Source: an uncultured Bacilli bacterium (GTDB lineage: Bacteria > Bacillota_I > Bacilli_A > RF39 > UBA660). From it: a stretch of 64,000 bases of DNA. This document shows, in pieces, positions 30,240-42,923 of this stretch; within the stretch, counting starts at the first letter, position 1, and each line of letters starts with the position of its first letter. A model generated the notes under the pieces. That model did no database searches. It saw only the letters and a program-made list of their open reading frames with translations, and had not been told where the DNA came from. A program made the translations under genes and the position numbers. The stretch is from the NCBI GenBank assembly GCA_934162445.1, contig CAKPIT010000002.1:77379-141378 (forward strand), written 5' to 3'.

Positions 30240-32309
30240 ATGGCAAGAGATACGTCTTTAGATAAGACAAGAAACTTTGGAATTATGGCTCATATCGATG
30301 CTGGAAAAACAACATGTACTGAGCGTATTTTATACCATGGTGGTAATATCCATAAAATTGGTGAAACTCACGATGGTGCTAGTCAAATGGACTGGATGGA
30401 ACAAGAAAAAGAACGTGGTATTACAATCACTTCTGCTGCTACTACAGTTCATTGGAAGGGATATCGTTATAATATAATTGATACTCCCGGACACGTAGAT
30501 TTTACAATTGAAGTTAGTCGTAGTTTAAGGGTACTTGATGGTGCGGTTGCTCTTTTAGATGCGCAAGCTGGAGTTGAACCACAAATGGAAACAGTTTGGA
30601 GACAAGCTGATGAATTTAAAGTACCTAGAATTATTTTTGCAAATAAAATGGATAAGATGGGTGCTAACTTTGAATATAGTTTAAAAACTATTAAAGATCG
30701 TTTAGGCGTTAATGCTAAGCCTATTGAATGGCCTATTGGTGCTGAAGATAGTTATCATGGGGTAATTGATCTTGTTACTATGAAGGCTTATGAATATGAT
30801 GGTAAACCTGAAGAAGCTGAAAAAGAAATTGAAATTCCTAGTGAATTAAAATCTATTGCAGAGGAAAAAAGAGCTGATTTAATTGATTCAGTTGCTGAGT
30901 TTGATGATGAGATGATGGAAACTTATCTTGATGGCGGTGAAGTAACTGTTGAAATGATTAAAAGAGCTATTCGTAAAGGATGTCTTGAAGCTGTTTTCTT
31001 CCCTGTTATGTGTGGAACAGCTCTTGGTAATATGGCAATTAAACCTTTAATGGATGCTGTTATTGATTATTTACCAAGTCCTTTAGATATACCATCTATT
31101 AAAGGACATAATTTAAATGGTGATATTGAAGAAAGACATCCAAATGATTCTGAACCTTTTAGTGCTTTAGCATTTAAGGTTATGACAGATCCATTCGTTG
31201 GACGTTTAACTTTCTTCCGTGTTTATTCTGGACATTTATCTAGTGGTAGTTATGTTTTAAACTCTACTAAAGATAGTAAAGAAAGAATTGGTCGTATTTT
31301 ACAAATGCATGCTAATACTCGTAAAGAGATTACTGATGTATATACTGGTGATATTGCAGCTGCTGTTGGTCTTAAGAATACAACTACTGGTGATACTTTA
31401 TGTGATGATAAGAAACCAATTATTCTTGAAAAATTAGTTGTACCAGAACCTGTTATTCAACTTGCTGTTGAACCTAAGAGTAAGGCTGATCAAGATAAAA
31501 TGGCTCTAGCTTTACAAAAACTTGCTGAAGAAGATCCAACTTTTAGAGTTCATACTGATCATGAAACTGGTCAAACAGTTATCGCTGGTATGGGTGAGTT
31601 ACACTTAGATGTATTAGTTGATCGTATGAAACGTGAATTCCACGTTGAAGCTAATGTAGGTGCTCCACAGGTTGCTTATCGTGAAACAATTAAGCAAGCT
31701 GCTGATTGTGAAGGTAAATATATTAAACAATCTGGTGGACGTGGACAATATGGACATGTTTGGGTTAAGTTTGAACCTAATCCAGATAAAGGATATGAAT
31801 TTGTTGACCAAATCGTTGGTGGAGTTGTTCCTCGTGAATACATTCCAGTAGTAGATAAAGGTTTACAAGAAGCTATGCAAACTGGTATTTTAGCAGGATA
31901 TCCTATGATTGATGTTAAGGCTACATTATTTGATGGTTCATACCATGATGTAGATTCTAACGAAATGGCATTCAAGATTGCCGCATCTATGGCTTTAAAA
32001 GAAGCTAAGAATAAATGTCATGCTGTACTTCTTGAACCAATTATGAAGGTGGATGTAACTACACCAGATGAATATTTTGGTAATGTTATGGGTGACTTAA
32101 CAAGTCGTCGTGGTCGTCCACTAGGTCAAGAATCTCTTGGAAATGTGGTAAAATTATCAGCAATGGTACCACTTTCTGAAATGTTTGGGTATGCTACTAC
32201 ACTTCGTAGTAATACACAAGGTAGAGGTAACTTTGTAATGACTTTTGATCATTATGAAGAGGTTCCTAAAAATATTGCTGAAGATATTATTAAAAAGAGT
32301 GGAAATTAA
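30240..32309 (+). CDS. fusA: Elongation factor G
   Basis: GTPase motifs [21 protein letters not shown]. 689 aa. Confidence 0.95.
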   Translation: MARDTSLDKTRNFGIMAHIDAGKTTCTERILYHGGNIHKIGETHDGASQMDWMEQEKERGITITSAATTVHWKGYRYNIIDTPGHVDFTIEVSRSLRVLDGAVALLDAQAGVEPQMETVWRQADEFKVPRIIFANKMDKMGANFEYSLKTIKDRLGVNAKPIEWPIGAEDSYHGVIDLVTMKAYEYDGKPEEAEKEIEIPSELKSIAEEKRADLIDSVAEFDDEMMETYLDGGEVTVEMIKRAIRKGCLEAVFFPVMCGTALGNMAIKPLMDAVIDYLPSPLDIPSIKGHNLNGDIEERHPNDSEPFSALAFKVMTDPFVGRLTFFRVYSGHLSSGSYVLNSTKDSKERIGRILQMHANTRKEITDVYTGDIAAAVGLKNTTTGDTLCDDKKPIILEKLVVPEPVIQLAVEPKSKADQDKMALALQKLAEEDPTFRVHTDHETGQTVIAGMGELHLDVLVDRMKREFHVEANVGAPQVAYRETIKQAADCEGKYIKQSGGRGQYGHVWVKFEPNPDKGYEFVDQIVGGVVPREYIPVVDKGLQEAMQTGILAGYPMIDVKATLFDGSYHDVDSNEMAFKIAASMALKEAKNKCHAVLLEPIMKVDVTTPDEYFGNVMGDLTSRRGRPLGQESLGNVVKLSAMVPLSEMFGYATTLRSNTQGRGNFVMTFDHYEEVPKNIAEDIIKKSGN

Positions 32310-32399
32310 GAGAAACTCTTAAAAATTAGTTCTAAACAGTTGCAAAAATGCTAATTGTTAGATAAAATAGAAAATGTAATTAAATGAGGAGGAAATTAT

Positions 32400-33590
32400 A
32401 TGGCAAAACAAAAATTTGATCGTTCAAAACCACATGTTAACATTGGTACAATTGGACACGTAGATCATGGTAAAACTACTTTAACTGCAGCTATTACTAA
32501 ATGCTTACATGATAAAAACCCTGAATGGGCTGATTTCACTGATTATGCAAACATTGATAAAGCTCCAGAAGAAAGAGAACGTGGTATTACAATTAATACT
32601 GCACACGTTGAATATCAAACAGAAAATCGTCACTATGCACACGTTGACTGCCCAGGACATGCTGATTATGTTAAAAACATGATTACTGGTGCTGCTCAAA
32701 TGGATGGAGCAATCTTAGTTATTGCTGCTACTGATGGTGCTATGGCTCAAACTCGTGAACATATCTTATTATCACGTCAAGTTGGAGTACCTCGTATGGT
32801 TGTATTCTTAAACAAATGTGATATGGTTGATGATCCTGAGTTAATCGACTTAGTAGAAATGGAAGTTCGTGAATTATTAAATGAATATGGTTACGAAGGA
32901 GATGAAACTCCAATCATTAAGGGTTCTGCTCTTAAAGCTCTTGAAGGAGATCAAAAATATGTTGACGCTATCTATGAATTAATGGATGCTGTTGACTCTT
33001 GGATTCCTACTCCAGAACGTGATAATGACAAACCATTCTTAATGAGTATTGAAGATGTATTCACAATCACTGGTCGTGGTACAGTTGTTACTGGACGTGT
33101 TGAACGTGGACAATTAAAACTTAACGATGAAGTAGAAATCGTTGGTATTAAACCAACTCAAAAGACTGTTGTTACAGGAATTGAAATGTTCCGTAAACAA
33201 TTAGACTTTGCTGAAGCAGGAGATAATGCTGGTGTATTATTACGTGGTATTTCTCGTGAACAAGTAGAACGTGGACAAGTTTTAGCTAAACCGGGTAGTG
33301 TTCATCCACACCACAAGTTTAAAGCTGAAGTTTATATCTTAAGTAAAGAAGAAGGCGGACGTCATACTCCATTCTTTACTAACTATCGTCCACAATTCTA
33401 TTTCAGAACTACAGATGTTACTGGTGTAATCACTCTTCCTGAAGGTGTTGAAATGGTTATGCCGGGTGATAATGTAACTATGGATGTTGAATTAATTCAC
33501 CCAATCGCTATTGAAAAAGGTACTAAGTTCTCTATCCGTGAAGGTGGACGTACTGTTGGTGCTGGTGTTGTTTCTGAAATCGAAGGATAA
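32400..33590 (+). CDS. tuf: Elongation factor Tu
   Basis: [21 protein letters not shown]. 396 aa. Candidate internal promoter TTGCAA-17-TAAAAT upstream. Confidence 0.95.
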   Translation: MAKQKFDRSKPHVNIGTIGHVDHGKTTLTAAITKCLHDKNPEWADFTDYANIDKAPEERERGITINTAHVEYQTENRHYAHVDCPGHADYVKNMITGAAQMDGAILVIAATDGAMAQTREHILLSRQVGVPRMVVFLNKCDMVDDPELIDLVEMEVRELLNEYGYEGDETPIIKGSALKALEGDQKYVDAIYELMDAVDSWIPTPERDNDKPFLMSIEDVFTITGRGTVVTGRVERGQLKLNDEVEIVGIKPTQKTVVTGIEMFRKQLDFAEAGDNAGVLLRGISREQVERGQVLAKPGSVHPHHKFKAEVYILSKEEGGRHTPFFTNYRPQFYFRTTDVTGVITLPEGVEMVMPGDNVTMDVELIHPIAIEKGTKFSIREGGRTVGAGVVSEIEG

Positions 33591-33598
33591 TAATTTTG

Positions 33599-33626
33599 AA
33601 GAAGTCTTTATGACTTCTTTTTTTTA
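33599..33626 (+). terminator. Rho-independent terminator after tuf
   Basis: GAAGTC-tttat-GACTTC followed by T8. Confidence 0.65.
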
Positions 33627-33653
33627 TGTTATACTAATAGTGGTGAGAGTCTT

Positions 33654-34265
33654 ATGAAGAAAAAAGAAATAATATGGGGAGTTTTAGGAATCATCTTAAT
33701 TGTAATGGGGGCTTTTTTTGTGGCTGATATCATTCATAAAGATAAGAAAAGTACTAAGTCAGTACAATCTAATGCTTTAAAAGTAGATGGTAAGGCCATT
33801 AAGTTTAAAGCATATCGGGTTGATATGAGTTTCTTTATTAAAGTTCCTGATACATTTGTAATGCTTAGTGAAGAGGAACTTAAGAATGAATATGATTATA
33901 ATTCAAGGCCAGAATTAGTCTTTAAAACGAGAGATAATTTGATTCATATTTTTATTACAACGACTGATGATGAATTATTAGATGAGAATGTTCTAGAATA
34001 TGGTAATAATCAAGCATCTTCGCTTATGAATGTTGAGTTAATTACTGCTAAAGGTTATAAAAAATTTGATAAATCATTTTTTAAATTAGAATTTAGCGAT
34101 CAAAGTGATGGTGGCCTTTACCGGAATATAAGATTCTTTTCTTTAAATAATAAACTGGTTACAGTTGAATTTAATATTAATAAAAATGACTATAAAAAAT
34201 GGAAAAAAGTTAGTGATAAGATCTTAGATAGTATTTGTTTTAATGAAAAAGACATAAAAAAATAA
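33654..34265 (+). CDS. Hypothetical secreted/membrane-anchored protein
   Basis: N-terminal signal anchor. About 203 aa. No family recognised. Confidence 0.4.
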   Translation: MKKKEIIWGVLGIILIVMGAFFVADIIHKDKKSTKSVQSNALKVDGKAIKFKAYRVDMSFFIKVPDTFVMLSEEELKNEYDYNSRPELVFKTRDNLIHIFITTTDDELLDENVLEYGNNQASSLMNVELITAKGYKKFDKSFFKLEFSDQSDGGLYRNIRFFSLNNKLVTVEFNINKNDYKKWKKVSDKILDSICFNEKDIKK

Positions 34266-34279
34266 GCCTTTAATTGTGC

Positions 34280-35521
34280 TTATTTTTTGTTTTTATTTAA
34301 ATTTTTGTAAAGATTATAAGGCAGATTATTGATAATTAATTCAAATTCGCCGATGTATTCTGTTATTAAGGATCCAAAACCTAATTTCATTTCATTGAGA
34401 CCAGTATACTTATTAATCTTATTAAATTCACCACTAATAGCATTTAAATTTACGTATTTAAAGTTCTTATTTTTGTAGTCATTTATCATTTTCCATTTGA
34501 TAAGGTAGCTTGGATTAAGACTTCTAAATTGTTGATTAAATCCTTCAATTACTAGATATGAAGCGTTATCATAATTAATATTAAGAGATGTTCCAATGAA
34601 AAGACCAGTTGGATATGTTTTTAATAAATTAGTAGCCCAGACTAAATTCTTTTTATAAACATTTACTAAATTATCAGATTCAATTTTTTTGTTGATTATT
34701 TTTTTCTTTAGTTTACTATTTTTATTGTTTTGAATTTCAATGGCTAAATTATTATTTATTTCTAGTTCTTTTTCATATTGGACACGACTAGTAATAACGA
34801 ATGTTTCTGTGTTTAGTTTCGCAAAGTATAAATCAACATTAGGAGAAAAATTATCAAATAAATCGATATAATAATTTAAAGGACGATTATATTTCTTTTT
34901 AACAAATTCATAGAATTCTTTTAATTGTTCTTTGTTACCTTTATATATTTCGACACCACTTCGAATGGCCTTTTTAATTTTATATCTTACGTTTTTATCA
35001 AAATCTTGATATATATCTTTAATATTTTTGTCTAAAACGACAAGGGTTTCAAATCTTGGCTTTTCAGCTTCAAAGAATAAATTTGGTCCTAAGTAGTCAT
35101 AATTGTTGGCTTTTAAGTTTTCTAAAATAATATTTGCTTCCTTATTAATATTAATAATTTTGCCATCTTTATTTCTTAAATTAGCAGGGATTAAAGGATC
35201 AATTTTTAAAGACATAAAACCTTGTTTACTAAGAAGTCTTTTTAATCTTGTGGTAAATTCTGTTAAGTTTTCTAAGTTAGTGTAATCAAATAATATTCCT
35301 CTTGGAGCATAGGCAATTTTGTAGTTCATGAATACTTCTTTATATAAAATAAGAGAAGCTCCTAAAAGGTTATTATTATCATCAATAATACCGATATAGT
35401 GAATATTACAATTGTTATTTTTCATGACTTTACCATAGGCACTAGTTTGATAATAATTGCGATATTTATGAGTTTTGGTATATTTATCAAATGTAATTTC
35501 ATCTAGGGTTATTATTTTCAT
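34280..35521 (-). CDS. FemAB-family aminoacyltransferase (peptidoglycan interpeptide bridge formation)
   Basis: About 414 aa. N-terminal pattern resembles S. aureus FemA/FemX (..SLKIDPLIP.. vs HIDPYLPY). A central coiled-coil insertion is typical of FemA/B. The ATG at 35521 has a GGAGG RBS. Confidence 0.7.
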   Translation of the reverse strand: MKIITLDEITFDKYTKTHKYRNYYQTSAYGKVMKNNNCNIHYIGIIDDNNNLLGASLILYKEVFMNYKIAYAPRGILFDYTNLENLTEFTTRLKRLLSKQGFMSLKIDPLIPANLRNKDGKIININKEANIILENLKANNYDYLGPNLFFEAEKPRFETLVVLDKNIKDIYQDFDKNVRYKIKKAIRSGVEIYKGNKEQLKEFYEFVKKKYNRPLNYYIDLFDNFSPNVDLYFAKLNTETFVITSRVQYEKELEINNNLAIEIQNNKNSKLKKKIINKKIESDNLVNVYKKNLVWATNLLKTYPTGLFIGTSLNINYDNASYLVIEGFNQQFRSLNPSYLIKWKMINDYKNKNFKYVNLNAISGEFNKINKYTGLNEMKLGFGSLITEYIGEFELIINNLPYNLYKNLNKNKK

Positions 35522-35626
35522 AACTTTTTCCTCCACTTAAATTATATCATATAACGAAAAGTTTTCAATTCTTTAGGGTTTAATTATTTTAAATATTTAG
35601 TATAATGTTAGTAATGGAGGTTTATT

Positions 35627-36994
35627 ATGTTTGAAAATAAAAAGATATTGATTTTAGGTATGGCACGGAGTGGGTATGAAGCTGCTAAGTATTTAAGCCG
35701 GTTTAATAATACAATCATTGTTAATGATGGAGGTGCAAGAGAAAAGCAGGATGTAGAAAAGATTTCAGAATTAGAAAAATTAGGAGTTACTTTAATTTTT
35801 GGATCTCATCCTGATGATTTACTTGATGATAGTTTTGACTATATTATTAAGAATCCGGGTATAAATAATAATCATAAGTATGTTACTTTGGCAAAACAGC
35901 TTAATGTTCCGGTGATTAATGAAGTGGAGATGGCTTATTTATTATTACCTAAAGATGTTACACTTATTGGTATTACGGGGTCAAATGGGAAAACTACTAC
36001 TACTACTTTAACTTATGAAATGATTAAATCAAGTGGTAAAAGGGTACATTTAGCAGGTAATATTGGATATCCATTGTGTAGTTTTTTAGATAAAGTTCAA
36101 AGTGGTGATATTATAGTGATGGAGGTTAGTTGTCAACAGCTAGCTAATACTGATAAGTTTAAACCACATATTGGATTAATGACTAATTTAGCCGAAGCAC
36201 ATATTGATTTCTTTGGTAGTTATGAAGCTTATAAAGAAGTTAAATTGAAGTTATTTAAAAATCAAACGGAAGATGATATTGCCATTTTAAATATTGAAAA
36301 TAAAGATGTAATGGAAGGGACTAAGAATATTCTTTCATGTACTAAATATTTTTCTAGTAAACGAGTAATTAATGGAGCATATTTTAATGATAATAAACTT
36401 TATTATTATGATGAAATGATTATGGATAGAGATGAGTTTTTCTTAAAAGGTAATCATAATGTTGAAAATGCGTTAGGTGCTTTGATGATTGCTAAAGAAG
36501 TAGGAGTTAGTACTGATGTAATTGTTAAGGTTTTGAAAACTTTTAAAGGGGTAACTCATCGTTTGGAATTTATTGATGAGGTTAATGGGGTTAAGTATTA
36601 TAATGATACAGAGGCTACTAATACCAAATGTACCCAAATTGCTTTAAATTCTTTTGATGATGATATTATTTTAATTTTAGGGGGATTAGAGCGAGGTCAA
36701 GATTTTCATGATTTAGATAATTATATGAAAAATGTTAAGGAAATAATAGGGATTGGTCAGTGTCGTGATAGAGTTAAGGAATATGGGGCTGATATTGGAA
36801 TTAAAACAACAATTTATGAGAGACTTCATGAGGCTTTTGATTATATTTCTTTGCAAGCTAAAAAGGGGGATGTTGTTCTTTTGAGTCCTGCTTCTGCTTC
36901 ATGGGATCAATATAAACAATGTGAAGATCGAGGCGATGAATTTAAAGACTTAGTTTCTAAACTTAAACATAAAGGAGAAGGTAATGAAGATTAA
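35627..36994 (+). CDS. murD: UDP-N-acetylmuramoylalanine--D-glutamate ligase
   Basis: Mur ligase P-loop [14 protein letters not shown], an N-terminal Rossmann-like domain, and about 455 aa. Isolated from the dcw cluster. Confidence 0.75.
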   Translation: MFENKKILILGMARSGYEAAKYLSRFNNTIIVNDGGAREKQDVEKISELEKLGVTLIFGSHPDDLLDDSFDYIIKNPGINNNHKYVTLAKQLNVPVINEVEMAYLLLPKDVTLIGITGSNGKTTTTTLTYEMIKSSGKRVHLAGNIGYPLCSFLDKVQSGDIIVMEVSCQQLANTDKFKPHIGLMTNLAEAHIDFFGSYEAYKEVKLKLFKNQTEDDIAILNIENKDVMEGTKNILSCTKYFSSKRVINGAYFNDNKLYYYDEMIMDRDEFFLKGNHNVENALGALMIAKEVGVSTDVIVKVLKTFKGVTHRLEFIDEVNGVKYYNDTEATNTKCTQIALNSFDDDIILILGGLERGQDFHDLDNYMKNVKEIIGIGQCRDRVKEYGADIGIKTTIYERLHEAFDYISLQAKKGDVVLLSPASASWDQYKQCEDRGDEFKDLVSKLKHKGEGNED

Positions 36995-38213
36995 AAATAT
37001 TATAGGAAGAGAAGTTTTAGATTCAAGGGGTAATCCAACAGTTGAAGTGGATGTTTATCTTGAAAATGGAGTTATGGGGCGTGCTATAGTTCCATCTGGG
37101 GCTTCCACAGGTGAAAGAGAAGCTTTAGAGTTACGTGATTTAGATAAAACTCGGTTTGGAGGCAAAGGGGTTTTAAAGGCTGTTAATAATGTAAATACTG
37201 TTTTACATGATAATATAATTGGTATGGAAGTTGAAGACCAAAGAACAATTGACGAAGCTATGATAAAACTTGATGGTACTAAGACTAAGAGTAATTTAGG
37301 AGCGAATGCTATACTTGGTGTTTCTATGGCATGTTTAAAAGCTGCTGCTAATAATAGTGGGAAACCTTTATATGCTTATGTTGGGAATGGTAGGACTTTA
37401 CCGGTTCCAATGATGAATATTATTAATGGTGGGGCTCATGCGGATAATTCTCTTGATTTTCAAGAATATATGATTATTCCGCAAAGAGATACTATTCATG
37501 AAAGAGTAAGAGTTGGGGCGGAAGTGTTTCATTCTTTGAAAAATGTTTTGAGGGAAAAAGGTTATGCTACAGCAGTGGGGGATGAAGGAGGTTTTGCTCC
37601 TGATTTAAAGAATAATAAAGAAGGTTTTGAATTAATTACTGAGGCAGTTAAAAGAGCTGGTTATAAACCATATGATGATGTTTGTTATGCTATTGATGTT
37701 GCAGCTAGTGAATTTTATTGTGATGGAAGATATCATTTAGATGGTGAAGGGAAAGTATTAACGACTGATGAGTTAATTAATTATTATAAAGATTTAGTAA
37801 ATACTTATCCAATTATTTCAATTGAAGATCCAGTTGATGAAAATGATTGGGAAGGATTTAGTAAAGTAACGAAAGAATTAGGCGATAAGATTCAACTAGT
37901 TGGAGATGATTTGTTTGTTACTAATAAAGAATATCTTCAAAAAGGAATTGATAATAAAGCTGGTAATGCTATTCTTTTAAAGGTTAATCAGATTGGTACG
38001 GTTACGGAAACATTAGAGACAATTGCTCTTGCTAAGAGTCAGGGTTATAAAACTATTATTTCACATCGAAGTGGAGAAACAGAAGATACGACAATTGCTG
38101 ATTTAGCCGTTGGTCTTGATTTAGGACAAATTAAGACTGGTTCTATGTCAAGAACAGATCGAATTTGTAAATATAATCAATTAATGAGAATAGAAGAAGC
38201 AATAAATAACTAG
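36984..38213 (+). CDS. eno: Enolase
   Basis: [35 protein letters not shown] is the enolase signature. Confidence 0.95.
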   Translation: MKIKNIIGREVLDSRGNPTVEVDVYLENGVMGRAIVPSGASTGEREALELRDLDKTRFGGKGVLKAVNNVNTVLHDNIIGMEVEDQRTIDEAMIKLDGTKTKSNLGANAILGVSMACLKAAANNSGKPLYAYVGNGRTLPVPMMNIINGGAHADNSLDFQEYMIIPQRDTIHERVRVGAEVFHSLKNVLREKGYATAVGDEGGFAPDLKNNKEGFELITEAVKRAGYKPYDDVCYAIDVAASEFYCDGRYHLDGEGKVLTTDELINYYKDLVNTYPIISIEDPVDENDWEGFSKVTKELGDKIQLVGDDLFVTNKEYLQKGIDNKAGNAILLKVNQIGTVTETLETIALAKSQGYKTIISHRSGETEDTTIADLAVGLDLGQIKTGSMSRTDRICKYNQLMRIEEAINN

Positions 38214-38276
38214 ATAATATTTGCATTCTTTACTTTAATATGGTATTATAGTGTTGATTTGTTTGGAGGTATTGAA

Positions 38277-38492
38277 ATGAAAGCTTTATTACTTGTTGTA
38301 TCTATATTGTTAATTATCATTGTATTATTACAAAGTGGTAAAAGTGAAGATGCTGCTCAAATATTTTCTGGTAATTCAAGTGATTTATTTAAAAATAGAA
38401 AAGAGCGTGGTAGTGATTTAGTCATTACAAGAATAACGATGATATTAGGATTTGTTTTCTTTGCTATTTGCTTAGTATATTCATTTATATAG
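38277..38492 (+). CDS. secG: Preprotein translocase subunit SecG
   Basis: About 72 aa with two TM helices. LLQSGKS..AAQIFSG.S SecG motif. eno-secG-rnr synteny. Confidence 0.75.
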   Translation: MKALLLVVSILLIIIVLLQSGKSEDAAQIFSGNSSDLFKNRKERGSDLVITRITMILGFVFFAICLVYSFI

Positions 38493-38502
38493 GAAATATT
38501 AA

Positions 38503-38530
38503 AGTCATTGTCAAAACAATGTCTTTTTTC
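38503..38530 (+). terminator. Terminator after secG
   Basis: CATTGT-caaa-ACAATG stem (extendable) followed by TCTTTTTTC. Confidence 0.5.
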
Positions 38531-38584
38531 TTTTATTTTTAGGAAAAATAGAGTAAACTTATATTAGAAATAGAAGGTGAAATG

Positions 38585-40681
38585 ATGGAAGAGAGAATTA
38601 TTAATATATTAAAAGAAGCAGGTAAAAGTCTTAGTGTTTTTGAAATAGAGGAAAAACTTGGGACTAGTAATTTGGAAGAGTTATTGATTGTTTTAAATAA
38701 ACTAGAAGTGGAAACTAAAATTTATCATACTAATAAAGATAAATATATGTTGTTTGAAGATAGTCATTTACTTAAGGGTACTTTGCATTCTAATAAAAAG
38801 GGATTTGGATTTGTGGATGTTGATAATAGCGATGTTGATATTTATATTCCTAAGGAAAATATAAATGGGGCTTTACATGGGGATTTGGTAGTTGTTGAGC
38901 TTTCTAATAAAAAGAAAATAGGTAGATGTGAAGGTAGAATTGTTAAAGTTTTAAAACATGAGAGTAATACTTATGTAGGAGAAATTAATTTTAAAAATGA
39001 TGTTGGTATTGTTAAGCTTGATGAAGATAAGGTTAATCTTGAGGTTTTAATTAATAGAGAAGATAGTCTTAATGCGGTTGATGGTCATAAAGTAATTGTG
39101 GAAATTATTAAAAGAATAAGTAATGTTAAGGCTTTGGGGAAAGTTATTAAAATTATTGGACATAAAAATGATCCCGGGGTTGATATTTTATCAATAGTTT
39201 ATAAATATGGTATTAGTGTTAACTTTGATGATGAAGTTATGGAAGAAGTCAAGAATTTACCAATGGAAGTTAAAGAGAGTGACTTAAAAGGAAGAAAAGA
39301 TTTACGGGATGAAGTAATTTTTACTATTGATGGTGATGATACTAAAGATATTGATGATGCCGTTAGTATTAAGAAAAATAGTGATGGAACGTATACACTT
39401 GGAGTTCATATTGCGGATGTTTCATATTATGTTAAAGAGGATAGTCCGTTAGATAAAGAGGCCCTTGAGAGGGGAACGTCTGTTTATTTGGTGGATCGAG
39501 TTATTCCTATGCTTCCTCATGAATTATCTAATGGAATTTGTTCTTTGAATCCTAATGTAGATAGATTAGCTATTAGTTGTGTTATGAAGTATGATGATAC
39601 TGGTAAATTGCTTGATTATGATATTTTTCCTAGTGTGATTAGATCAAGAATTCAAATGACTTATAAAAAGGTTAATAATATTTTACTTAATAATATTATT
39701 GATCCAGATTATAAGGATTATGTTGATGATTTGTTCCTTATGGAAGAGTTAGCTGGTATTCTTCGAAAAATGAAGATAAAAAGAGGTTATTTGGATTTTG
39801 ATACTAATGAGGCTAAAATATTAGTTGATGAAAATTGTCATCCATATGAGATAACTAAAAGAGTTCAAAGTGCCGGTGAAAATTTAATAGAAGATTTTAT
39901 GATTGCTGCTAATGAGTGTGTGGCTACTCATATATATAATATGGATTTACCGTTTATTTACCGGGTTCATGAGAGTCCAAAGGAAGAGAGAATTAGAGAA
40001 TTTTTAGGATTTTTAAGTAATATGGGGTATAGTATTCCGGGAGATATAAAAGGAATTAATAAACCACTAACTATTCAAAGGTTACTTGATTTTGTACATG
40101 ATAAAAAAGAAGGAGAAATTTTATCTACTTTATTGTTGAGATGTATGCAAAAAGCAGTTTATTTACCTACTAATTTGGGACATTTTGGATTAGGTAGTAA
40201 GTGTTATACACATTTTACATCACCAATTAGAAGATATCCTGATACGACGGTTCATAGATTACTTAGAACTTATTTGTTTAATCATCATATTGATTCTTAT
40301 ACGGTTAGAAAGAATCAAGAAAAGCTTATTTTTATTGCTGATCATTCGAGTGCTAAGGAAAGAGCTTCTGTCGATTGTGAGAGGGAAGTTGAAGATATGA
40401 AGATGGCTGAGTATATGGAAGATCATATTGGTGAAGAGTATGAAGGTATGATTTCTTCTGTGATGTCATTTGGTATGTTTGTTGAACTTGATAATTTAGT
40501 GGAAGGATTAGTACCAGTTAGAAATATGAATGATTATTTTGTCTTTGATGAAGCAAGAATGTCTTTAACAGGAGAAAGAAGTAAGGTGAGATATACAATT
40601 GGTGAGAGGGTTTTGGTTAAAGTGGTAGCAGCTTCTAAGGAGGCTAAGACTATTGATTTTCAAATTATTAGGAAACTTTGA
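38585..40681 (+). CDS. rnr: Ribonuclease R
   Basis: RNB catalytic domain (DIDDA.S, RxxxY motifs), N-terminal cold-shock/OB domains, and a C-terminal S1 domain. About 698 aa. Confidence 0.9.
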   Translation: MEERIINILKEAGKSLSVFEIEEKLGTSNLEELLIVLNKLEVETKIYHTNKDKYMLFEDSHLLKGTLHSNKKGFGFVDVDNSDVDIYIPKENINGALHGDLVVVELSNKKKIGRCEGRIVKVLKHESNTYVGEINFKNDVGIVKLDEDKVNLEVLINREDSLNAVDGHKVIVEIIKRISNVKALGKVIKIIGHKNDPGVDILSIVYKYGISVNFDDEVMEEVKNLPMEVKESDLKGRKDLRDEVIFTIDGDDTKDIDDAVSIKKNSDGTYTLGVHIADVSYYVKEDSPLDKEALERGTSVYLVDRVIPMLPHELSNGICSLNPNVDRLAISCVMKYDDTGKLLDYDIFPSVIRSRIQMTYKKVNNILLNNIIDPDYKDYVDDLFLMEELAGILRKMKIKRGYLDFDTNEAKILVDENCHPYEITKRVQSAGENLIEDFMIAANECVATHIYNMDLPFIYRVHESPKEERIREFLGFLSNMGYSIPGDIKGINKPLTIQRLLDFVHDKKEGEILSTLLLRCMQKAVYLPTNLGHFGLGSKCYTHFTSPIRRYPDTTVHRLLRTYLFNHHIDSYTVRKNQEKLIFIADHSSAKERASVDCEREVEDMKMAEYMEDHIGEEYEGMISSVMSFGMFVELDNLVEGLVPVRNMNDYFVFDEARMSLTGERSKVRYTIGERVLVKVVAASKEAKTIDFQIIRKL

Positions 40682-40684
40682 TTT

Positions 40685-41845
40685 ATGAAAAAAAGAAGAT
40701 TAACGAAGTTTGGAAAATTTATTATTGTATTTACGATTTGTTTCTTATTTGGATCTAGTCTTTCTTTTTATTGTTTGTTAAGAAAAAGTGTAAAGGCTTC
40801 TAAAAAAAGTTCTCCTAAAACTGAAGTTGTGTCTAAGAAAGAGATGGATGTTTCATTAGTAATGGTTGGTGATGCTTTAATTCATGATACTATCTATAAT
40901 GATGCTTATAGTGATTATGGATATGATTTTAAACCAATGTTAAGAATGATTAAACCGATTGTTGCTAAATATGATTTGAAGTATTATAATCAAGAGACGG
41001 TTTTAGGAGGGACTTCCTTAGGATTATCTAGTTATCCAAGATTTAACTCTCCTTATGAAGTTGGTGATGCTTTTATTGATTCTTCTTTCAATTTGGTGTC
41101 ACTTGCCACTAATCATACGATGGATAAGGGTGAAGAGGGGGCTCTTAATTCTTACCATTATTTTCAAAAATATAAAGATGTGTATACAGCAGGCAGTTAT
41201 GATTCTTTTGAGGCTAGAAATAAGGTGGTTATTAAGGAAATAAAAGGAATTAAGTATGCTTTTTTCGCTTATACAACATGGACTAATGGTCTTAGTACTC
41301 CTGAAGGAAAAGAATATCTTAATAATGTTTATAGTGATGAAGTAGCAAAAAATGATATTTTAAAGGTTAAAGATAAAGTTGATGTTATTATTGTAGCTAT
41401 GCACTGGGGAATTGAATACAGTACTGATATTAGTAGTGATCAGGAACGAATAGCTAATTATTTGGCTAGTCTTGGGGTTAATATTATTATTGGTAGTCAT
41501 CCTCATGTAGTGGAACCCATTGATTTTATTGGAAATACTATGGTAGTATATTCATTAGGTAATTTTATATCTGATCAGGATACGACTTTAAAACTTACTG
41601 GGTTGATGGCTAGTGTTGATATTCATAAAGAAGTTAATGATGATAAGGTGACGATTGAGTTAAGAAATCCACAGGCAGAACTTTTGTATACTTCTTCAGC
41701 TAAAAGTGGTAAAAGAAACTTTGTGGTTTATCCTTATACAGAATTAACGGATGAAATATTACCTAATTATAAAACTTATTATAATCAATATAAAAGTATC
41801 GTTTTAGCGAAAAATCAAAATATTAAGATGCCGGTAATAGAGTGA
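40685..41845 (+). CDS. CapA/PGA_cap-family metallophosphoesterase (poly-gamma-glutamate capsule synthesis-like)
   Basis: N-terminal TM anchor and calcineurin-like metal ligands ([18 protein letters not shown]). Confidence 0.65.
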   Translation: MKKRRLTKFGKFIIVFTICFLFGSSLSFYCLLRKSVKASKKSSPKTEVVSKKEMDVSLVMVGDALIHDTIYNDAYSDYGYDFKPMLRMIKPIVAKYDLKYYNQETVLGGTSLGLSSYPRFNSPYEVGDAFIDSSFNLVSLATNHTMDKGEEGALNSYHYFQKYKDVYTAGSYDSFEARNKVVIKEIKGIKYAFFAYTTWTNGLSTPEGKEYLNNVYSDEVAKNDILKVKDKVDVIIVAMHWGIEYSTDISSDQERIANYLASLGVNIIIGSHPHVVEPIDFIGNTMVVYSLGNFISDQDTTLKLTGLMASVDIHKEVNDDKVTIELRNPQAELLYTSSAKSGKRNFVVYPYTELTDEILPNYKTYYNQYKSIVLAKNQNIKMPVIE

Positions 41846-41846
41846 G

Positions 41847-42293
41847 GTGATAGATGTGGAAATTGTTAATAGAAGAGCAAGACATGATTATTTTATTTTA
41901 AATGAAATAGAATGTGGAATTGTATTAAAGGGAACAGAAATTAAATCTATTAGGCTAGGAAATACTAATATAAAAGATAGTTATGCAATTGTAAGAAAAG
42001 GGGAAGTCTATCTTTTAAATATGTTTATAGCTCCTTATAAAGAGGGAAATATTTTTAATCATGATGAAATGAGGACAAGAAAGCTTTTGTTGCATAAAAA
42101 GGAAATTAAGAGGCTTGATGATAAAATTAAATTAGAAGGATATACCCTTGTTCCTTTGAAACTTTATTTTGTTAGAGGAAGAGCGAAGGTTTTACTTGGT
42201 CTTTGTAAAGGTAGAAAAAATTATGATAAAAGAGAAATGATTAAGGAAAGAGACATTAAAAGAAATATAGCTAAAGATATCAAGTATAAGTAG
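41847..42293 (+). CDS. smpB: SsrA-binding protein SmpB
   Basis: 148 aa with conserved SmpB N-terminal and central motifs. Directly upstream of the tmRNA. Confidence 0.9.
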   Translation: MIDVEIVNRRARHDYFILNEIECGIVLKGTEIKSIRLGNTNIKDSYAIVRKGEVYLLNMFIAPYKEGNIFNHDEMRTRKLLLHKKEIKRLDDKIKLEGYTLVPLKLYFVRGRAKVLLGLCKGRKNYDKREMIKERDIKRNIAKDIKYK

Positions 42294-42337
42294 AATTGGA
42301 CAGATGCCTTTATTTATGATATAATTAGCTTGTATTT

Positions 42338-42721
42338 GGGGATGAAATGGTTTCGACAGGAATAATGGAACATAAACGGCAAGTCGAGTTGTTTACGTTA
42401 CAAACTAACAAATAATAACTGGAAACAGTATAAAAACAGCATTTGCTAATTTATTTGGTAAAAGAACTCCAGAATTAGCTTTAGCCTAGTTTAGGTAGAT
42501 GCACTGCTTATTCTTAATTTTCTACGTTAAGATGTAGTGGTTTATATTTAGTAGAATATAGTTATAGAATGTCTTGGCTATAACTGAATTATTAAGACTT
42601 GAATTGATTTATAGTTGATGATTACTAAGAATTAATTTGAAATTTGCTTAATCATCTAAACTTGTAGATGTTTATGAGGATTTATTTTTGGACAGGAGTT
42701 CAACTCTCCTCATCTCCACCA
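42338..42721 (+). ncRNA. ssrA: tmRNA (ssrA)
   Basis: 5' GGGGATGAAATGGTTTCGACAGG pairs with a 3' tRNA-like end. T-arm GGAGTTCAACTCTCC, then CATCTCCACCA. An internal tag reading frame ends ...PELALA-TAG at 42487-42489. Follows smpB. Confidence 0.8.
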
Positions 42722-42905
42722 AATTGATAGGAAACTCGAATTTTTCGATTTAAAAATATAAAGATTTGATAAAAGGATACTTTTATGTTATTGGTATATA
42801 GATGAATTAAAAAATGTTGATAGATTGTATTCATCTAATTATGTTAGAGCAATATCAACTGCTAAATATATAGCTAAAAATAATAATATTGATATTTGTG
42901 TAGTT

Positions 42906-42923
42906 GTCAATGATGTGACACCC
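42906..42923. repeat. Left copy of a ~20 bp inverted repeat in the tmRNA-tRNA gap
   Basis: GTCAATGATGTGACACCC. Its reverse complement matches 43313-43334 (GGTGTCACATCA core, 12/12, plus flanks). Confidence 0.5.
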
